From: Paragordius varius
Taxonomy: Eukaryota; Animalia; Nematomorpha
Assembly: GCA_964247055.1 (NCBI GenBank)
Contig: OZ176050.1
Location: 5,642,001-5,706,000, forward strand
Direction: 5' to 3'
Length of the DNA: 64,000 bases
In this document: positions 62,401-64,000 of the stretch, piece after piece
Layout: every line of letters begins with the position of its first letter
Position numbering within the stretch: position 1 is the stretch's first letter
The notes under the pieces: model-generated
Databases searched by the model: none
Told to the model about the DNA's origin: nothing
Seen by the model: only the letters and a program-made list of their open reading frames with translations
Translations under genes and position numbers: made by a program

Positions 62401-64000
62401 GCGTTTGTCGCTCTTTGTGTCCAATATTAACTGTCGATGTAATACATATTAGTATGCATTTTATAGAATTTTTATTACTCTTTCGAATGATATATTACAA
62501 ATGGGCATTACTTGTATATTTTCAAAGAAAAATATTTTTTAGTAAAATTTTGATAAAGAGGGCGCATAATCAAAAAAATTAAATTATACAAAATTCTTCC
62601 AACGAGTTATAATTTTTATTTCAGATTTACTGTAAAAATGATATCAAATATCAAAAAATGCAAAAAACTCGAGTGGCAGAAAAATTTGTTGTCTAGTGTT
62701 ATTAGTATAAAATATCGATAATATTCTGTTTATTTTTTTTGTGGAAACCAAACACATATTTCATCAATATCCATAAGTGTATTTTAGAAATTTGGGTTTC
62801 TCCACAATATAACCTTTGAAATACATAAGCAGTTACTGTTTGAGCAACTAAGTACGTTTTTCATTAATTATGCCAAATACCATGCACAGAAAAACGAAAA
62901 TATTTTCTGTATATTGCCATCAATAATTAATAAACTCACTAGCAATGTATATTTACTCATACTGTAATTTAAAAAATGTTTATCCACACAAACCATTTCA
63001 ATTTTTCATTCTATAGGGATTTCCTGGGTCCCCCGGGAAAAGAGGAAAAGAAGGTATTCCTGGATATGATGGTCGAGATGGCAAACCGGGTCCTGATGGC
63101 CCCCCTGGGAAACCAGGCCTTCCCGGACAACCTGGATTTAAAGTTTGTTTGCCCTAGTTTAAATATGATTATAATTCATACTGTTTTGCAACATAAAAAT
63201 TTTACAACATCATGCTAAACAATTTAGATCAGTAAAACTTAAACCGTGGCCCTAATAGTGATTTTTTATGGCCCCGTATTATTTATGAAAATTTGGGGTG
63301 TATTTGTTTTGTGTATAAATATCAGCAGTGTCAATAGCTATGAAATTTTTATTTTATATGGTGAATGGCCCTTGATACAAGATATATATTGTTGCAACCC
63401 TTTAATAAATTTTGGTGGAAACCACTGATTTAGATTATTACATTACATTCATTCTCTGCATTTTCTTTAAAACGTTGGATTTAGAAACGGTTAGTTATAT
63501 TTTTTAAACTATTATATATTAGGGTGCACAAGGTGAGCCTGGAAAAGACGGAGTTCCAGGTAACAGGGGTACCCCAGGAAAAAATGGGTCACCTGGGAAA
63601 TCTGGTGTGCCTGGGAAGAAAGGACTCGATGGGGAAACTGGAATCAATGTAAGTTGTCTATATTTGATTCTTTGAAATTAAAATGTGGATTTTACAATTT
63701 TAATAAAATTTAGATTTATAATAATATTTATAATTATTATTTTAATATACCCAATTTGCTATATTTATGGGATATATATATTCAACCTAATAAATGATTA
63801 CTATAGTAAAAACCGTTAGGTATAGGTAATGATTCAATGTAATTTACCAAATGTGATTTAAATAAAATACAGAGCAATCCTTATTAATTGTTTCATTATA
63901 GGGACCACCAGGAAAACCTGGAATTGCCATTGATGGCTTCCCAGGAGAAGCAGGTGTAGATGGCAATCCTGGATTAGACGGTAAACCTGGGAGAGATGGG
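56433..64000 (+). CDS. Type-II transmembrane collagen with a long Gly-X-Y domain (partial; continues past the window)
   Basis: Exon 56433-56747 carries a hydrophobic helix [24 protein letters not shown] and a coiled-coil-like stretch. Exon 57554-57661 has a TACTGAC branch point, a GTAAGC donor and an RIKR furin-type site. The linker exon(s) are uncertain. Gly-X-Y exons are 60355-60515, 61020-61148, 61406-61531, 63017-63142, 63523-63648 and 63902-end. The collagen exons are certain; linking them to the N-terminal exons is an inference. Confidence 0.82.
56853..57135. mobile_element. TA-flanked MITE with 21-nt subterminal repeats
   Basis: TA|TACCATTTA...TTCAAATTC ... (GGGTGAATTTGAATTGTT[T/C]GA)x2-3 GTAAATAGTA|TA. 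The terminus resembles that of 44137-44713. Confidence 0.8.
57138..57310 (-). mobile_element. tRNA-derived SINE-like repeat, copy 2
   Basis: Minus strand GGTGGGGTGGTATAGAAGGCAGGGTGGCGGACTCTTACC...GAGATCGAAAC; the body CCCTGGGCAGACGAATGTTAAAAC...AGTCCTT is shared with 30601-30700. Confidence 0.55.
58000..58359. mobile_element. hAT-type MITE remnant
   Basis: Ends GGCATTTGTGTTAGACACCCCGG followed by GTTTAATA (nnnTAnnn-type flank). The left boundary is approximate. Confidence 0.5.
58661..59852. mobile_element. ~1.19-kb palindromic (foldback/MITE) element inserted in a (TA)n tract
   Basis: (TA)n|CTGTGTGCAAAAA ... TTTTTGCACACAG|TATATA. The arms are complementary to within ~50 nt of the centre; the ORF track shows the same peptide (SYISG...GFKSSG) on opposite strands at 59024-59233 and 59149-59361. 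Confidence 0.9.
61580..62698. mobile_element. Non-autonomous TIR DNA transposon (~1.12 kb), copy 2, in a collagen intron
   Basis: Perfect 18-bp TIR CACTAGACAACAAATTTT / AAAATTTGTTGTCTAGTG, preceded by TA. Near-identical to 713-1833. Confidence 0.92.

Overview
AT-rich (roughly 25% GC by eye) genomic DNA from an animal, with intron-rich genes and heavily transposon-invaded introns. I assembled seven protein-coding genes by hand from GT-AG splice signals and protein-family motifs: two tandem SLC13/DASS transporter paralogs (+, 14 exons each), RNA polymerase II second-largest subunit RPB2 (+, 24 exons), a complexin-like gene (-), ubiquitin-conjugating enzyme UBE2L3/UbcH7 (-), a KAT7/HBO1-type MYST acetyltransferase (+) head-to-head with it, and the 5' part of a long type-II-membrane collagen (+) that runs off the window. 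Non-coding DNA holds two Helitron-type elements, RTE-clade LINE remnants, a tRNA-derived SINE-like repeat, hAT and Tc1/mariner-type MITEs, and three palindromic elements over 1 kb. The most unusual observations are a probable 22-nt intron in the complexin-like gene, an insertion in the RPB2 C-terminal clamp zinc site, only 68 bp between the UBE2L3 and KAT7 start codons, altered Na+/substrate motifs in the SLC13 pair, and a complete non-autonomous Helitron with tandemly re-copied 5' segments. The collagen's organisation (TM helix, RxKR site, Cys cluster) suggests a nematode-like cuticle collagen or a MACIT-type collagen, but the taxon cannot be fixed from this window. All gene models are manual; no database search was run.
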